From NCBI RefSeq assembly GCF_032191835.1, contig NC_083223.1, positions 226,114,001-226,178,000 of the forward strand: a DNA stretch of 64,000 nucleotides, read 5' to 3'. Below the pieces are notes generated by a model. That model saw only the letters and a program-made list of their open reading frames with translations, had not been told where the DNA came from and did not search any database. The translations under genes were made by a program, and so were the position numbers. This stretch comes from Heteronotia binoei. Lineage: Eukaryota. The number at the start of each line of letters is the position of its first letter. Position 1 is the first letter of the stretch. Shown here in pieces: positions 1 to 11,980 of this stretch.

Positions 1-925
1 AAGTTCAACTTTGAGTTCCTGAAGAACTCTTGGATGTATGCCATCCGGACCTGGTGACTTATTAGTTTTTAATTCGTCTATCAGGTGTAGGACCTCCTCT
101 CTTGTCTCTCAATCTGACTCAGGTCTTTCAGCACCCCTTCCAAAATTAGTGGCTCTGGAGCGGGCAAACACTTCTCATCTTCCACAGTGAAGACGGAGGG
201 AAAAAATGCATTCAGCTTCTCAGCCATTTCCCTATCCTCCTTCAGTAATCCTTTGACTCCTTGGTCATCCAAGGGCCCCACTGCCTCCCTGGCTGGTTTC
301 CTGCTTCTAATATATTTGAAGAATTTTTTATTGTTGGTCTTTATGTTTTTTGCAATATGCTCCTCATAGTCCCTTTTTGCCTGCCTGATCACAGTCTTGC
401 ATTTGATTTGCCACAGCCTGTGTTCCCTTTTATTAATCTCATTTGGACTAGCTTTCCACTGCTTAAAGGAGTCCTTCTTACCTTTTACAGCTTCCATTAC
501 TTTGTTGTTAACCATGCAGGCCTTCTCTTATACCTGTTTGTGCCTTTCCTAACTTGTGGTATATATTTTATCTGAGCTTCTAGGATTGTAGTTTTAAATA
601 GCCTCCAAGCTTCCCCAAGGGTTTTGACTGTATTTACCTTTCCTTTCAGTTTCCGCTTCACACCTTCACCTATTACGACACAGTTTTTATGTTTAGTCGC
701 TATCTTTAATCCTTCCGTCATATTATTATCGTCCTCTATCTTTTGATTTGGTGGGCGATAGCAAACTCCCATAGTTAAATTTCCTTTTGGGCCCTCTATT
801 TCAACCCAAAGCATTTCCAGAAGGGAATCGAATTTTTTGACCTCAGTCTTGCTGCATTGTATACCCTCTCTGACATACAGAGCCACCCCACCTCCAACCC
901 TTTTGTCAAGTCATACAGCTGACTT
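1..925 (-). mobile_element. CR1 LINE ORF2 fragment (endonuclease to linker), internally deleted, in PYGB intron 1
   Basis: ORFs 497..886 and 81..515 carry CR1 motifs: MALYV, LWVEI, GVCYRPPNQ, AWRLFK, PAWL, KFFKYIRSRK, KLNAFFPSVFT. The sequence jumps at VIG/EGVKRK near 660. Confidence 0.9.
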
Positions 926-1379
926 GTGGTGACCTCAGAGAAGTATCTGGATACCTCCTTCACTACGTGCATCAAAATGCAGTACACTGACATTTTGTTT
1001 AGAACCTATTTTTGTTAATACAAGAGCATGAAAGCTGTTACGTTGCTGTCCCAGATATACTGTAGGTTGAATTCCAGAAAACAAATTATATACACCATTA
1101 CATTACATCCTGCCCATATACAGTTTTCTGTATGCTTCCCTCCCTTCTATTAATCATACCCTCTACTTGTCCTTCACTGTCAAGAATGCCCCTGAATGGA
1201 ACCTAATTTTTAGATATTCCGTTATTATCCTTGCAATATTCCTTGTTCTTTTCCCTTAAGCATTCTTGTTCTTCTGGAATTGCCTGCTACTGTGATGACA
1301 GATGGCAGAGACCTCTAAGCTACATGCCAAATGATGAATTGTGTTCTTATTACTGTAGGGCAGAAGAAGGTAGAGAAAT

Positions 1380-1980
1380 GGGCAGTAAAACCTAATGGTA
1401 TGGAAAGAACAAATAGAAATTATCTTCACTCCAGAACAGTAGAATTCAGGGTCACCCAATGAACCTGTCTGGCCAGGTAGGTTCAAGACAAACAGGTGGG
1501 AGGGGGAAATCCCCTTTGCATAATGCAATAATTTTTAGAATTCTTTGTCACAAAATGCACCGATTGGCACTTAATACTGACATATTCATGGCAGACAGAT
1601 GCATCAAAGTCTAGCACATGACAATAAGACCAAACATCCCTGATGAGAGGCAGTGTGTCTTTGACTACCAGATGCTGCAGATGAACCAAAGGGATGACTG
1701 CCTCTACCATGCCCTGGCTTATGAATTTCCCAAGCATAGCTGGATTTATGTACAAGTTAAGTAAACTACAGCTTGGGGGTTTGGATTATAAGGCAGCTCA
1801 AAATAGAAAAAAAATTACTGAAAATTAATAGATGACCTTGGGAGGAGTAAAGCTATGGAGTTTCTAGATAAAGGTTAGAACCTCAGCATGCCTTACTCTG
1901 GCCCAGTTCCCAAGGAATATCTGGGTGGCCATTTATGGAGGTAGAGTACTGGACTAAGTGGATTCACTGACTGAGCAAAG
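1380..1980 (+). mobile_element. old, degenerate CR1 3' remnants
   Basis: Decayed matches to the CR1 ORF2 end and 3'UTR (agggtcacccaatgaa; tgggtggccattt...tactggactaagtgg). No open frame. Confidence 0.4.
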
Positions 1981-2844
1981 TAATCTTTATTTTCTTATGA
2001 AATGCCCTCAAACACATCAATAAACATTTCAAAGGTAGTGTGTGCTTGTTAGAAAACATACTTTCAAAACATTTTGATATCACAGCACAAGCATTTCGAA
2101 CTCAATCAAATCTGTATGGAACAAATCTCTTAATTCCTGTGACCTCCCAATACTTCCAAAGTAAAGTGACATACATCAACAATGAACAACCCCTCCAACT
2201 TCTCTCTTCTTTTCAATGCCAGCCTAATAACAGAGGAACACTAAAGGCCTGAATTACAGGAGCACCTACCTTGGGAAGTCAGAATTACAGGGGCACTTCT
2301 CTCATCCATGTAAATAAATGGCTTGGAAAGAGAAAGACACTGCCTACATTTTTGAGTGAGGCACACAGGGACAGCATCAAAATCTGTGGTCCCAGATATT
2401 TCCTTTGGTGCTGGATGGCGTATGTATGTAACTGAAAGCCTTCATGTCTTTCAAGGGCACAGACCCAGTAAAGTGACAGATGTTAAAAACAAAAACAGAA
2501 CATCATTTCAGTTGGTTCTTGATTATTTAGGCCTAGTTTCTCATTAAATGGTAAATCTGTGTCACAACTGTACCACTTTTGCCTAAAGTGAATGCTCTTC
2601 CACAAACAAAATTTTACTCCACAGAAAACTAGTTCTCAGGGAGATTTCCAGGTGGGTTTTCTCCCCTGTTAGTTTTCTGCAGGGCTTTTGGGGACAGGAA
2701 CACACAGGAGTGGAGTTCCACCTGGGCTTGCCATGGCTCTGGCTGGAAATTTTAAATGCCTCCCCAGTGGCTTTAGCCTTCGCAAGCATGCCCTCTGCAG
2801 CAGGCGCTATGGGGAAGGCACCGGGGAGCTCCTTCTCTGTGATG

Positions 2845-3994
2845 TGTTAAAAGAAATAATAGGAAACAGAGAGTGAATATAAATGGGCAGTCTTCGCACT
2901 GGAAGACGGTAAGCAGTGGGGTGCTGCAAGGCTCAGTACCGGGTCCCATGCTCTTTAACTTGTTCATTAATTATATGAAGTTGAATGTAAGCAGTGAAGT
3001 GGCTAAGTTTGCAGATGACACTACATTGTTCAGGGTGGTAAGAACCAGAGAGCATTGTGAGGCACTCCAAAGGGATCTGTTGAGGCTGGATGAGTGGACG
3101 TCAACGTGGCAGATGAGGTTCAATGTGGCCAAGTGCAAAGTAATGCACATTGGGGCCAAAAATCCCAGCTACAAATACAAGTTGATGGGTTGTGAACTGG
3201 CAGAGACTGACCAAGAAAGAGATCTTGGGGTCATTGTAGATAACTCACTGAAAATGTCAAGACAGTGTGCGAATGCAATAAAAAAGGCCAGCGCCATGCT
3301 GGGAATTATTAGGAAGGGAATGGAAAATAAATCAGCCAGTATCATAATGTCCCTTTATAAATCGATGGTGCGGTCTCATTTGGAGTACTGTGTGCAATTC
3401 TGGTCACCGCACCTCAAAAAGGATATTACAGCATTGGAAAGTGCAGAAAAGGGCAACTAGAATGATTAAAGGTTTGGAACACTTTCCCTATGAAGAAAGG
3501 TTAAAACGCTTGGGCCTCTGTCGACTGCGGGGTGACATGATAGAGGTTTACAAGATTATGCATGGGATGGAGAAAGTAGAGAAAGAGGTACTTTTCTCCC
3601 TTTCTCACAGTACAAGAACTCATGGGCATTCAATGAAATTGCTGAGCAGTAGGGTTAGAATGGATAAAAGGAAGTACTTCTTCACCCAAAGGGTGATTAA
3701 CATGTGGAATTCACTGCCACAGGAGGTGGTGGTGGCTACAAGCATAGCCAGCTTCAAGAGGGGTTTGGATAAAAATATGGAGAAGAGGTCCATTAGTGGC
3801 TATTAGCCACAGCATATTATTGGAACTGTCTGGGGCAGTGATGCTCTGTATTCTTGGTGCTTGGGGGGGGGCAAAGTGGAAGGGCTTCTAGCCCCACTTG
3901 TGAACCTCCTTTCTTTTTTGGCCACTGTGTGACACAGAGTGTTGGACTGGATTAGCCATTGGCCTGATCCAACATGGCTTCTCTTATGTTCTTA
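2845..3994 (+). mobile_element. 5'-truncated CR1 LINE (RT C-terminus, 3'UTR, tail)
   Basis: ORFs 2873..3460 ([37 protein letters not shown]) and 3390..3806 (RLRGDMIEVYK, FFTQRVINMWNSLP). Ends in cttatgttctta, a CR1-type tail. Confidence 0.95.
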
Positions 3995-4259
3995 AGAGTT
4001 GTTTTAAATGTGAAAGATCATTCAACCATGAGAGTCCTACCTGCAGCCTGAAGTAGTACAGGCCAGGTACAAGTTATCTTCAACGATAAGGAGACTTGTG
4101 CCTGTCCTGGGGAATGCTGTTTGGCATAGCATAAGGCACAGGGAAGGAAGGAACAGTAATATTCAGAAAGTGTTGCCATTCAGCCTTTCTGCGCCCCTCA
4201 CTCTTCTAAATTCCAGGCCTTGACAAACATGCCAGTCACAACTGCTAAACTCGTCAATT

Positions 4260-5350
4260 ATCAGCGTGGCTGTAAATCCACATCAATTTGAAATGCACGC
4301 GGGGAGACTGGCGGGAGAGCTGCCACTGATTTCAGCATGGAGTGCATACTGTTTGTTGCTACCCACACGACCAAGGCAGGGAATTCCTGCTCGCTCGTCA
4401 CGCTCCGGTAGGTTTTTGGCGCACAATTTCCCTGCAAAGGAAACTGCAGCTGGAAAAACAACACCCTATCTCCAGCAGAGGGGGAATTTCCAGCCGGCAA
4501 GGCCGCCTAGTGTGCCTTTGCACTCATGAGACCGGGAATACTCTGGGAAGGGGCGGGGGGGGGGAGAGATGCATGCCCTCGTTGGGGGCATCGTTTACCT
4601 TGGGGTCCTTCTCATAATAATACTGCTGCGTCCGGATCCAACGTCCCACCAAATGATCTCTGACAGTGTGTGCCAAAGCGAAATAATAATCCCGCGGGGT
4701 GGCCACGTTCCTGTCTTTGACGAGCGTGAAATGAAGATGCCGGTTGAAGCTCTTCCGAATCTCGGCCACATCCCCCAGCCCGGCGATGCCCCGCACGCTT
4801 ATCTGCTTCCTCTTCTCGCTGTCGGTCAGGGGAACGGCCATCTCGGCTTGCCAAGCGGCGAGCGCTGCAAGGGAGGAGGATACAGGCAGCCTTTAAGGGC
4901 CCTTGCAAGCGGAGCGCCCGGCTTTGCTTCCGCGCGGAGGGCAGGCTGCTGCTTTCTTCCCTCCTCCTGCTACTTCCCGAGCTCCGAAGGGATGCGAGGA
5001 GCGAGCAGGGCTGAGTGGGTGGAACCAAAGCGAAGGCGGCCGCAGCCTCCTCCCACTCAACCTTGGCTGCAGCTGCGGCTGGGGCTAGCGCCTGCGCTGT
5101 GGAAAGAAGAGCAGAGCTGCTTCCAAAACAAAACAAGAGTCACCGCGCCCGTGGTGGAGACCGAGAAGAAGCTGCTTGACCCCGTGGTGTTTTGCATGGC
5201 GTTGGAGGGAGGTCCAGTAGCCCCCCCCCCCAACAAAAGCAGCATCAGTTGGGGAGAAAAGCGTGCGACCGATGCGGAACGCCATACAAAGATGCTCGCC
5301 TCTTCAGCATCCACACGGATAGAGGCAGAGCAGGCATCAGGGGGGAAAGG
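4260..5350. promoter_or_regulatory. CpG island / PYGB promoter spanning exon 1
   Basis: CpG and GC density rise sharply relative to the flanks. The island surrounds the PYGB ATG at 4841. A TTAAA TATA-like motif on the minus strand at ~4892-4896 lies ~50 nt upstream of the ATG. Confidence 0.8.
4599..4841 (-). CDS. PYGB: glycogen phosphorylase, brain form, first coding exon (81 codons); the gene continues beyond the left window edge
   Basis: Translates [81 protein letters not shown]. The 243-nt exon ends at an AAG|gtaaac donor. [18 protein letters not shown] is PYGB-like, and ENTPD6-PYGB synteny fits. Confidence 0.95.
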
Positions 5351-5704
5351 AAAATTAAAAGAATGTAGGACTGCTGAGGGCAAGCGGAAAGACATTGGAA
5401 TCACTTCGCTTACATGTTTATCCTCCCGCTCTTTTGCATGCGTTTTATTTGCAGAAAAGGTGTGGTTAATGGCAAGGCAAGCCAAATAAAGTAAGCCAAC
5501 ATGCAGTGGCAGACTGCCTCTAAAAATATTGGTTGCCAGGAGACATTGGGGGTCCACCCACAACTATGAGGCTATCATTTAATTTTTATAAGAAATAAAT
5601 AACAATTTAAAAAATACATAAGTAGAACAATGTGCAATTAAAACTTTTGCAAAATGTGTGTTTGTGTGTGTATACACACACATGTATATACATGTAAATA
5701 CAGA

Positions 5705-5798
5705 TTACATTTTCTCCAGGAGAGCTGATCTCTGCCAGCTGGAGATCAGTTGTAAAAGAAGGAGATCCCCAGGCCCCACCTGGAGGCTGGCAACCCTA
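5705..5798. mobile_element. terminal fragment of a TAGGGTTGCCA-type hAT MITE
   Basis: Ends ...ggaggctggcaacccta, a common squamate MITE terminus. Confidence 0.55.
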
Positions 5799-5839
5799 AA
5801 TGCAATGTAAACTTTAGTTGTATTACACTAATAATCTTT

Positions 5840-6435
5840 ATTATTTATTTATTACTTTAAATTTCTATCCCTCCCTCTCCACAAGTGGATTCAGGGCAGC
5901 TAACAACATTCATTTTTACAAATTAAAAACCAATAAAAAATAGCTACAGTTTAAAATTATTTAAAAAAACATTTCATTTCATGGTGCTGTATCACTACAA
6001 TATAATATAAGCGGTGATCATATGGTACTCTATAATGATGTAGGGTGGCAACTCTCTCCCAGTTAGATCTCAAAGGCCTGTCAAAACAGTTCGGTCTTAC
6101 AGGCCCTGCAGAAAGTAGAGAGATCCTGCAGGTCCCTTATGGCCTTCCAGAGAGCATTCCACAATTCTGGTGCTGCCACCAAGAAGGCCCTAGCTTGTGT
6201 CAGCCGCAACCTAGCCTCCTTTGGTTCAGGGATGGACAATAGATTTTTTGTCCCTGAATGCAGTGCTCTCCGGGGACCATGTGGAGAAAGGCCCCCCGCA
6301 GATAGACAGGCCCCTGACCATAGAGGGCTTTAAAGGTCAATACCAACACCTTGAAATGGACTTGGAACACAATAGGTAGCCAGACCGTCCCATGGCCTGG
6401 ATCCATTCCAGTTTGGCTTTCGACCAGGCTGTGGG
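5840..6435 (-). mobile_element. L2 LINE 3' fragment
   Basis: ORF 6200..6463 contains WLPIVFQVHFKVLVLTFKALYGQGPVYL (L2 ORF2 C-terminus). An L2-type 3' tail is near 5850-5910. Confidence 0.8.
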
Positions 6436-7387
6436 CTCCAAGGTTAGAGTACTCACTAGGCACTAGTTCTCAGGTCCATTCAGCAGAGACAATGCTGGCT
6501 CAAAGCATCAACCCTTTATTTGCAAGGAAGTTTAACTGGCCATAAATGCTGCAAAAGTGAAACTGTTTGATCTCCACTCCACTGAAATGCATTGCAGCAC
6601 AGACAAAGTTGCAAGGAAAACATGGAATGGATTTTTCCATTAAGGTCTCTGGGCCCAGATAGACCAGTCTGTCTGGGTGTGGAGACCATAATGGAAAATC
6701 ATTCTGCATTTTCTTTGCAGTTTTGCAAAACCAGAAGAGCTTCCAGCGGAATCAGGCAAATACAAGGCAGAAGGAGCTGGGATATGGCCCACAAGCATTT
6801 GCATACACATACCTGTACACTACAATCAAGATCCACTCATACCCTATAAATAAGCATAGCCACACATGTGCATGTATATTCGCAGTAATGCCATTTATAA
6901 AAAGTTTCCCTTGTATTTCTTCAGAGGCCAAAACAGGGACAGCATTTTATTAAGAGCATGTACCAGGAAATAGGGACTGTCCTCGATATGAACAATTGGA
7001 ACAAATACACCTGGGAAAGGAAGGAAGGAAGCAAGAGAAAGAAAGAAAGATTTAAAAGTTTTGCTCTGACCCAGAATGCACTTTGTAAGACAAACATTTG
7101 CTTCAATGGACACTTGCAAAACTAGGATATCCAGTTCCATCTCTGACAGACTTATGCCAAGCAAAATACTTAAGATATAAGGTAAAAACTGAAAATCAGA
7201 AACTGGAAGATTAAGTTGGAGGGCATATAAACAGTAGCAGATTATGTTCTCCATATAGCGCTTTAATAAAAGTAAGTGTACCACTCAGTGATACCACATA
7301 GCAGCAACTACCCATCTCTGAAGCAAGTGGCAGCTGGCGTTTTTCTTCTCTTCCTGCCCAATGAGGGCCACTAACCAGACATAAAAA

Positions 7388-7682
7388 AAGGTAAAGGTAG
7401 TCCCCTGTGCAAGCACCAGTCATTTCCAACTCTGGGGTGACATTGCTTTCACAACGTTTTCACGGCAGACTTTTTACAGGGTGGTTTGCCATTGCCTTCC
7501 CCAGTAATCTACTTTCCCCCCAGCAAGCTGGGTACTAATTTTACCAACCTCGGAAGGATGGAAGGCTGAGTCAACCTGAGCCGGCAACCTGAACCTAGCT
7601 TCCACGGGGATCGAACTCAGATCATGAGCAGAGAGTTCAGACTGCAGCACTGCAGCTTTACCACTCTGCAGCTTTACCACTC
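7388..7682 (-). mobile_element. Sauria SINE
   Basis: Begins aaggtaaaggtagtcccctgtgcaagcaccagtc (reverse complement of the Sauria SINE 3' end) and carries the cagcaagctgggtact...ggaaggatggaaggctgagtcaacc core. Homologous copies lie at 50741 and 53428. Confidence 0.85.
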
Positions 7683-7939
7683 AGAAATACATGACAGCAA
7701 ATAATTGGCTGATAGCAGATTCTTAAGTGTTCTAATTTTCACTAACCAGAGTAGGTTTGTATTGGCATAGGGAGACCTTAGCACAAATAGTGTGTGATCA
7801 TTTATCTCTCTCTCTTCTACATATGAAATAAATGTGGTGGTGAATCAGGAAGAGGCAAGCTACCAGTACTGTTCACCTCCTATTTTCTTACATGCAGACA
7901 AGCTTTAAGATACGCCTATGTTGAACTTCCCTTTGACTC

Positions 7940-8166
7940 AATGTATTTTGTCTGTCTCTCATCGTGAGAAGACATCTTACTAGAAAGACAATAATGCTAG
8001 GAAAAGTTGAACAAAGTAGAAGAAGAGGAAGACCTAATAGGAGATGGATTGACTCAATAAAAGAAACCCCAGCTTTCAAGCTGTCAATGATAGGCATTTC
8101 TTTTAGGCCATTAATTCATAGGATCTCCATAACTCAGAAGCAACTTGATGGCATACAACACACACA
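7940..8166 (+). mobile_element. RTE-clade LINE 3' fragment
   Basis: ORF 7964.. RKTIMLGKVEQSRRRGRPNRRWIDSIKE is the RTE C-terminal motif. Ends in a (ca)n tail. Confidence 0.75.
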
Positions 8167-8207
8167 ATTCTGTCTCTCCCAATATGATCCCGTGCATAAG
8201 TATAGAT

Positions 8208-8525
8208 CAACAAGTGGCCAAACTTGTTTAACATAAGAGCCACATAGAATCAGATGTTTGAGAGCCTCAAGACATGAATGTCAGATGTTGGATGGAGGGA
8301 AGATAGGGGGGAAAAATAGATGGGGTGAGAGGAGGGAGAGGTGGAAAGAAAGCAGCTTTAACTTTAAATACGTTCTCCAAGCCACCAGCTGGCTTGGCCT
8401 GAAGTGATTTAAAGAGACAAATGCCTTCTCCAAGCTGGCCAACAGGGCAGTGGGGGCTTTGAGAGCCACACAGTATGTGTGAAAGAGCCACACGTGGCTC
8501 CCAAGCCTCAGTTTGGCCACCCCTG
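8208..8525. mobile_element. hAT MITE (CAGGGGTGGCCAAAC TIR)
   Basis: Termini c...gtggccaaac / gtttggccacccctg. 8-bp TSD gtatagat (8200-8207) / gtataaat (8526-8533). Confidence 0.8.
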
Positions 8526-9680
8526 GTATAAATCTTCGCAGAAATGTCCCATCCTATGACATTCATGGATGCCTCATGCATGCTCTTTCTTGGCTATGGC
8601 AGTTCCAGACACATTGCAAAGCTGCCTTTTTAAAAGAAGTTCTGAAAGGCATTTGAACGGAAATAATGTTTGAGAAGTGTTGTTAGTGCTGCAGAAATGT
8701 ATTTGGAGTAGTTTTGTATCTTTTTGTATGTTTTTAATACATTTGTGCAGCATGATTTACACTTGCTTTTGTAAACCTTATTGAGCTGCTCTTCAATGAC
8801 TGGGACAGTGTAGTATACATATTTAAATTAATTAATTGCCCCATTTAAAATACTTGCTGTATAATCTGAGCAGAGGGCGCTCACAAATGTTCATTTCTGG
8901 TTGTGGCCTAGCACACTGAAAGAAAGAGCAAGGAAAGCAAATGTTTAATGGTAAAACTATGCACTGGATTTTGGCTAGATAAAACAATGTTCAGCTAAAA
9001 CCAGGTTTGCTTACCTGTTTAAGCACCTGTTTAAGGTGCTTAAGTTGATTAATCAGTGTAATTGAATCACCTTCCACCAATCTACAGTTGAGATTTCCCA
9101 GAAATATCTGGTTGGTTTTGATTCTACAAGAACCCCCGAGTGCTCACGGCATACTATAACAGACCTTATTTTTAGGAAAGTGTTTGCATAAAAGCCTCTG
9201 TGTGTGTGTGTAATGCATAGAACTGAGCTTAATGTTTCACCAGTGAGGTTGTATGTTAAAAATGAGCCTAACTTGCCAAAAGAAGATTCTAAGCACCCTT
9301 TTGACTATTAGGCATCATAGCTAAATTTCAGACACATTGAGGTCAATAAGAGGGAAGGGCAGTAACTTGCAGCTTCCCTGGTAGATTGCTGTGCCTTTAA
9401 ATAATTCAGAGTCAAGGGAGCGGGGGAACTGTTATTAATATTATTTGTTTTGGGGAAGATTTGTTTTCTTTTACATGGTTTGTTGAAATGCCTTGACTTT
9501 GTTTTAAATACGTTAACATGCAAACCATTATTTTAAAAGGCTAGTGACACACAACCTGAATATCTGATTCTGAATTAAAAGGTTCCAGTGGTCATGAAGC
9601 TATATGCACTCAGATAGGAATGTGGCTTGATTGCTGTGATATGCCTGGGACTGAGGGTGCTGGCTGAGTTCTGTGTAATA

Positions 9681-9849
9681 GCCAGTTTGGTGTAGTGGTT
9701 AAGTGTGTGGACTCTTATCTGGGGGAACTGTGTTTGATTCCCTACTCCTCCACTTGCACCTGCTGGAATGGCCTTGGGTCAGCCATACCTCTTGCAGGAG
9801 TTGTCCTTGAAAGGGCAGCTGCTGTAAGAGCTCTCTCAGCCTCACCTAC
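9681..9849 (+). mobile_element. tRNA-derived SINE, 5' part (split by the hAT insertion; 3' part at 16992-17114)
   Basis: Head tggtgtagtggttaag...gtttgattccc with A/B box-like motifs. The sequence resumes ccacctaccttacaagg... after the hAT. Confidence 0.8.
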
Positions 9850-11980
9850 TAGGGGTGTGCATTCGGTTCGGCCGAACCGTATATACAGGCGAATCACCAC
9901 TGATTCGGCTGTATACAGAATCGGCTGTAGCCGATTCCCATTGAAGCCCATTATGCGGCAGCCAAATACGGCTCACTGTATACTGCTGAATAGCTATTCG
10001 GAAGTATACGGCTGTCAATGCAAAAGGCGGGACAGTAGCTTCTGCAGCCTCAGGGGAGCTGCTTGCCTACTTTCCCGCCTTTAGTAGCCTCTTCCCGCCT
10101 CTCCCATAGCCTCCCTGGGATCAGGGGGGGGAGGGGGAAGAGGAGCCCCAGCAGCCAATCCAAAGCATGCATTTGCAAAATGCATTGCAAATGCATGCTT
10201 TGCAGGGCTGTTGTGTAGCTGTTGTGTAGCCATCAGCTACATTGTTGTTATTTTGATCTTTTGCTTACTTGGGTATCCAAGTAAGCACTGTTGTTTGGCC
10301 AATCAGAGAGCAGTGCTATTTTTTGAAATTGCTCTCTGTAGGGCCAGAGAACCTTTTTAAGGAGTCTTCCTGGCTGGACTCCTCCATTGCTGCTGTGTTG
10401 GTGTATGTTGGTTGGTGTGAGAGATTGTGCTGCTGCTGGCTGGCCCTTGGCTTCAGCTGCTGCCTGCTGCTCTCTCAGTCAGCCTTACCAGACTTCCCTG
10501 GAGTAGAGAAGACAAGGTAAGACAGTTTTGGGGTTCTTGTTTTAGTTTTTGTTGGTAAAAGGATTAGAGTCCCTTTACTTATCCAGATTTGGGTGGGTGA
10601 GTACTGGGTGGGTAGCCTATTTGGGGTTGGGGTTAGGTTCTGCTGGGGGTGGGGGCCTGGGGTGGGGTTGCTAATTTGCCCATATCTTAATTTAGTGAGA
10701 GGACTTTTAAAAGTGCAGTGTCCTTTTACTTCTCCTGATTTGGGTGGCTTGGATTTCTTGGGGTTAGGGTGAAGGGTTTTTTTTTTTGGGGGGGGGGGGT
10801 TTGGCAAAGTTCCTGTATTGTTAAAAGTTGAGTTTTTTACTGTTTTAAAAGTATTCAGTGTTTGATTTGTTGCTGCTGTGTTGTGCTGCTGCTGTTACTT
10901 TTCTCTTCAGGTTATTGGGGGGGGGTGCTGTTTGCCTAATTTTCATTGTTTAAAAGGCCACTTTTGTCCACCTTTTCCTGGTTCTGGTTTTAGGGGTGGG
11001 GGTGTTGTTGACTGATTTGGCCTGAGTTTTCTTATTGGTGAAAGGCCACTTTTTAAACACTTGAGTTGCCTTTTTTCCTGTTGTCCCTTTTCCTGGTTTG
11101 GGGGTGGGGGACTGGGGGTGGGGGTGTTGTTGACTGATTTGGCCTGAGCTTTCTTATTGGTGAAAAGGCCACTTTTTTAACACTTGAGTTGCTTGGCCTT
11201 TTGTGATTGGTTTGGTTTTTTAAAATTACCTCTGGTTGGTGTGGGGGTTGGCGAGGGTGTGTGTGGGCTGGGTCACTTTCTTGTTGTTATAGAGTGATTT
11301 TTGGAATCTGAGTGTGCTCTCGGTTTGGCTAGGGCCACTAAATAGGCTGCCCCACTAATAAGGGTGTTTTTAGGGATTGTGTTTTTTTGAAATTTAAAAC
11401 AAAATTAATCCAGTTTAGGGCTTTTTCTCCTTTCACAATTCAAGTAGGCCAGATAGGGGTGCTTTAAAAAGATTTTAGGTTTCTCATAAAAGGCAGCGTG
11501 ACTACTAGGCCACATCAGGCTCCCTTTTAAAGAGACTAGGGTTGCAGCAGCGGTGCATCTGGCTTTCAGCCACTGAAAGCTGGTGCATCCTTAGATTTCT
11601 ATAGGGTAAACCACAGCTTCTCTCAAGTTATAGGGGATAACTGATTTCTAGTTTGCAAGGAAATCAGGTTTGTCCCAAGATCTAGCTAGGAGAAGTTTAA
11701 CTAGGAGGATATAACAAGGATTGCCTTCATCTCAAGGTAGCCTTTTAAAAACTGTAGCCAGGTAGAGGCAGGATCACCTAGTCTCCTAAACTTTACCAGA
11801 CTACTACCCCAACCCAAAGAAGGACGGGTTAGGGACCAAAAAAACAAATAAACAAGCTTTGGTGGGAGGGTTTTTAAAAAGAAGTCAGGGCACCTGTTGG
11901 TTCAGGGTACAGTGCAGTGAGTTAGGTTTGTAAAAAACCCCACTCTCAGTTCACGTTCTGTGAGACTGGCCAAGGGTGAC

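Noticed and set aside
4569-5489. 306-aa plus-strand ORF (and other overlapping ORFs at 4524-5563)
   Set aside because: It is antisense to PYGB exon 1 in a GC-rich island where stops are rare, and has no domain motifs. Only the 4599-4841 part of the minus ORF is real; the ORF tail beyond the donor is intronic.
9681-9745. tRNA gene (also 21461, 29110, 61930)
   Set aside because: Only A/B-box-like heads are present, followed by SINE bodies; no complete cloverleaf.
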